From positions 5,365-69,364 of the forward strand of contig JAUUDM010000025.1 of assembly GCA_030826765.1 (NCBI GenBank): 64,000 nt of DNA. The letters are read 5' to 3'. Below are positions 61,286 through 64,000 of the stretch, one piece after another; position 1 is the first letter of the stretch, and every line of letters starts with the position of its first letter. Position numbers and translations under genes: made by a program. The notes under the pieces are model-generated. The model searched no databases. It was given only the letters and a program-made list of their open reading frames with translations, and was not told the origin of the DNA. This DNA comes from Nautiliales bacterium (GTDB lineage: Bacteria > Campylobacterota > Campylobacteria > Campylobacterales > JAADDX01).

Positions 61286-62217
61286 TTCAATTGCTCCTTA
61301 ACATCATTTATAATCATCTCTTTAATCTCTTTAAATGTTTTATCTTTTATAGTAGCACCACTGGCTCTAATATGACCACCACCACCATATTTTACGGCAA
61401 TTTTACTAACATCTACATAATTTTTACTTCTAAGTGAAATTTTAATTCCTTCATCTTCTTCTCTAAGAAGTAAAGAGACTTCTACTGTTTCAAGACTTCT
61501 AACCATATTTACAAGTCCTTCTGTATCATCTTTTATAGCACCTGTTTTATCCATAAGCTCTTTCGTAACTTCAACAACTCCAACTTTTCCTTCAAGATAC
61601 AATTCAAGTGTATCAAGTGCTTTTGCAAGAAATCTAAGGCGAGATAATCTATCTCTTTCATAAAGCATTTTTGATATAAATTCAGGACTTGCCCCACATT
61701 TTACGAGTTCACTTGCAACTCTAAAAACCTCAGCAGTTACAGATTCATATTGAAAATTTCCAGTATCTGTTACAAGAGCTGTATAAATACAAGTAGCACT
61801 ATCTTTATCTATTTTTACATTATTTGCTTCTAAAATATTAAATACAACTTGTGAAGTAGAAGCTGCTTCTTCAATCAAATTTATATCTCCATAATTTGTA
61901 TTTGAAATATGATGGTCTAGATTAATTAAAAAATAGTCTCTTCTTTCAATACCAAGTCTATCAAAACTTCCACAATCAAAACTAATCATCAAATCTATTT
62001 TTTTAGGTAAAGTTTGTTTTACTTTATCATAATTTGGTAAAAAATCTAAATATTTTGCAGGCTTTGTCATATTACAAATAGTTACATTTTTACCCATATT
62101 TTTCAAAACATTATACATACTTAGACTACTTCCCAATGCGTCTCCATCAGGATTTACATGAGCAATCAAAACTATATTATCACTTTCTATAACTTTATTC
62201 CATATTTTTTTATACAT
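61282..62217 (-). CDS. DHH/DHHA1 phosphoesterase (NrnA-like)
   Basis: 311 aa with HVNPDGDALGS, DCG, NLDHH and GGGHIRASG motifs. Confidence 0.85.
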   Translation of the reverse strand: MYKKIWNKVIESDNIVLIAHVNPDGDALGSSLSMYNVLKNMGKNVTICNMTKPAKYLDFLPNYDKVKQTLPKKIDLMISFDCGSFDRLGIERRDYFLINLDHHISNTNYGDINLIEEAASTSQVVFNILEANNVKIDKDSATCIYTALVTDTGNFQYESVTAEVFRVASELVKCGASPEFISKMLYERDRLSRLRFLAKALDTLELYLEGKVGVVEVTKELMDKTGAIKDDTEGLVNMVRSLETVEVSLLLREEDEGIKISLRSKNYVDVSKIAVKYGGGGHIRASGATIKDKTFKEIKEMIINDVKEQLK

Positions 62218-62258
62218 TTTTATCCTTTATTTAAATAATCTTATAATTATAACATATT

Positions 62259-63314
62259 TTATAATTTACCTTTTGTTTTATATACCATAACAAGTACTTC
62301 AATCACTGCTTTATAAAGTTTTTCAGGAATATAATCATCTATTTCAACTTCAGCATAAAGTTGTCTTGCTAATGGTCTATTTTCTACAATCATTACATCA
62401 TTCTCTCTTGCTATTTCTTTTATTTTTTGTGCTAAATGATCAACTCCTTTTGCTATAACTTTAGGAGCCCTATCTTCTTCTTTGTTATAACGAATAGCTA
62501 CAGCATAATGAGTTGGATTTGTAACAACTACATCTGCTTTTGGAACTTCTTTCATCATTCTTTGACTTGCCATTTTCATTTGAATTTGACGAATTTTTGC
62601 TTTTATTTCAGGATTTCCTTCACTATTTTTCATTTCATCTTTTATTTCTTGTTTACTCATTTTAAGTGATTTTTTATAACTATATTTTTGAAAAACAAAA
62701 TCAATAGCAGCAAAAACTACAAAAACAGCTATCATTGTAAAAGCTAAAATAATAGATTTATCTATAAGCCATTTAATTTGAGTCATAAGAGGGAAAAGTT
62801 CTAATTTAGGAATTTCATCAAGCCAACCTAAAAATAGATTAAATCCAATACCAAAAGCAATAGCAACTTTTAAGGTCATTTTAATACCTTCAAACAGTTT
62901 CTTTTTACTAAATAAATTTTTCAAGCCTGTAATTGGATTTAATTTAGAAAACTTAGGCATTATAGCTTTTGTAGTAAATAAAAATCCAAATTGTGCAATA
63001 TTTCCTAAAACTCCGGCTAACATTATTGCCGCCATTAAAGGAATAAGTAAAATAAACACTTCTAAAATAGATTTAATAACTAAACTTATTAAATCAGCTA
63101 TACTAAATTCATGAGAAATAAAAGATAAATAATAAACATAAAAATCCATAACTTTATAAAAAAGAAATTTCATATAAAATATAATTACAATAACACCAAC
63201 AATAAGTGTAATAACCCCTACTACATCCTGACTTTTAGCTACATTTCCTTCTTTACGAGCATCTTCTATTTTTTTGGAAGTAGGTTCTTCTGTCTTTTCT
63301 TGATCATCTGCCAT
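62259..63314 (-). CDS. flhB: flagellar type III export protein FlhB
   Basis: 351 aa with N-terminal KTEEPT.KK..DARKEG, four TM helices and the autocleavage site NPTHYAVA. Confidence 0.95.
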   Translation of the reverse strand: MADDQEKTEEPTSKKIEDARKEGNVAKSQDVVGVITLIVGVIVIIFYMKFLFYKVMDFYVYYLSFISHEFSIADLISLVIKSILEVFILLIPLMAAIMLAGVLGNIAQFGFLFTTKAIMPKFSKLNPITGLKNLFSKKKLFEGIKMTLKVAIAFGIGFNLFLGWLDEIPKLELFPLMTQIKWLIDKSIILAFTMIAVFVVFAAIDFVFQKYSYKKSLKMSKQEIKDEMKNSEGNPEIKAKIRQIQMKMASQRMMKEVPKADVVVTNPTHYAVAIRYNKEEDRAPKVIAKGVDHLAQKIKEIARENDVMIVENRPLARQLYAEVEIDDYIPEKLYKAVIEVLVMVYKTKGKL

Positions 63315-64000
63315 TATTTATCTTTACGAATAAAAATATTTACCCCATTTCCTTTTAGATTATAAAAACAACCATCTGAAATAGATTTTATCATTTTAAT
63401 ACCTCTTCCATGTAATTTATCTCTACTTAAAGTTTTTAAAATATCAAGATTAAATCCTTCTCCATTATCACTATAATCTAATTTAATAAATTCATCATTT
63501 TCATAAATAATTATGTTAGCTGTAATACTATTTTTAGTTGCAAGTTCTATTTTATTGTCTCTTAAAATAGCATCTTTTAACTTTCTTAATTTCAATGAAC
63601 TATGTTCATAAGAATTCATTAAAAGTTCTTGTAAGATAAATTCTATTTTTTCTTTTTTAATTACTTTTATACTTTCAAAGTCTTTTAAAAATTTATTAAT
63701 ATTTTGTTTAGAAATTTCCAATTTTTCTTTGTATAATTCCCTAAATTTAAATTTTTCTTTTTTTAAGTAAATAACTGTCGTATCATCAGATTGAATTGCA
63801 TGTTTTTTAAAATCCTTAATAATATCATTTAAAAATACAAAATTAGGAAGTAATTTTTGTAATCTTCTTAAATATAATTCTTCTTCTTTTGTCCAACATT
63901 CAATTAATCCATCACTAAACATTAAAATATCTTTTTTAAATTCGACTTGTCCAATCTTTGTATTTTCACTCCATTCACTTAAAGGCATATTATTTGCTCT
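63314..64000 (-). CDS. PP2C/SpoIIE phosphatase C-terminus fused to an HATPase_c (RsbW-like) domain; gene probably continues past the right window edge
   Basis: LMFSDGLIE is the end of a SpoIIE-type domain. QELLMNSYEHS...DNGEGFN...GRGIKMI are the N, G1 and G2 boxes of an HATPase. The frame stays open upstream of the track's Met to position 64000. Confidence 0.65.
   Translation of the reverse strand, partial: RANNMPLSEWSENTKIGQVEFKKDILMFSDGLIECWTKEEELYLRRLQKLLPNFVFLNDIIKDFKKHAIQSDDTTVIYLKKEKFKFRELYKEKLEISKQNINKFLKDFESIKVIKKEKIEFILQELLMNSYEHSSLKLRKLKDAILRDNKIELATKNSITANIIIYENDEFIKLDYSDNGEGFNLDILKTLSRDKLHGRGIKMIKSISDGCFYNLKGNGVNIFIRKDK

Noticed and set aside
39388-63988. A 24.6-kb uninterrupted run of about 30 minus-strand genes considered as a possible single unusual super-operon.
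   Set aside because: Co-directional, overlapping gene strings are normal for compact Campylobacterota genomes. Internal -10 boxes exist (for example 45360-45368). The functions are unrelated housekeeping, so nothing beyond genome compaction is implied.

Overview
AT-rich chromosomal segment. Its gene content, local synteny and protein sequences point to a Campylobacterota (epsilonproteobacterial) genome, most like Arcobacter/Aliarcobacter. Supporting synteny: ispDF next to an HP1021/CemR-type atypical regulator, lpxC-minC-M23 peptidase, infB-rbfA-rimP, and a MutS7-HNH gene. I support about 70 tightly packed CDS, many with 1-4 nt stop/start overlaps. I saw no rRNA, tRNA, CRISPR array, transposase or integrase. 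Most genes are core housekeeping: cydAB; metG/ileS/gatA; guaB, thiC, ispDF, coaD, tmk, cysE, aroC, ribD, ubiE, moaDE; priA, uvrB, rnc, rnhA; infB/rbfA/rimP; lpxC, msbA; flgA, flhB. The standout is a 2.67-kb, very AT-rich, four-gene cassette at 45356-48025. It sits between a MutS7-HNH gene and an ABC ATPase gene and is bracketed by ~61-bp imperfect direct repeats. One repeat copy is a decayed duplicate of the mutS7 3' end. The cassette encodes an RlmJ-like protein with a DPDN motif, a DUF3293-like protein, a 103-aa PRGR/DEHY protein and a truncated FtsZ homologue that has lost every GTP-binding motif. I propose it as a candidate undescribed accessory (possibly defence or division-targeting) module. 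Secondary points: several apparent pseudoenzymes (DHOase-like, Mur-ligase-like, ATP-sulfurylase-like), three tandem type IV pilin-like genes, and some start-codon corrections to the ORF track. All family assignments rest on motif recognition by eye and memory; no searches were run.
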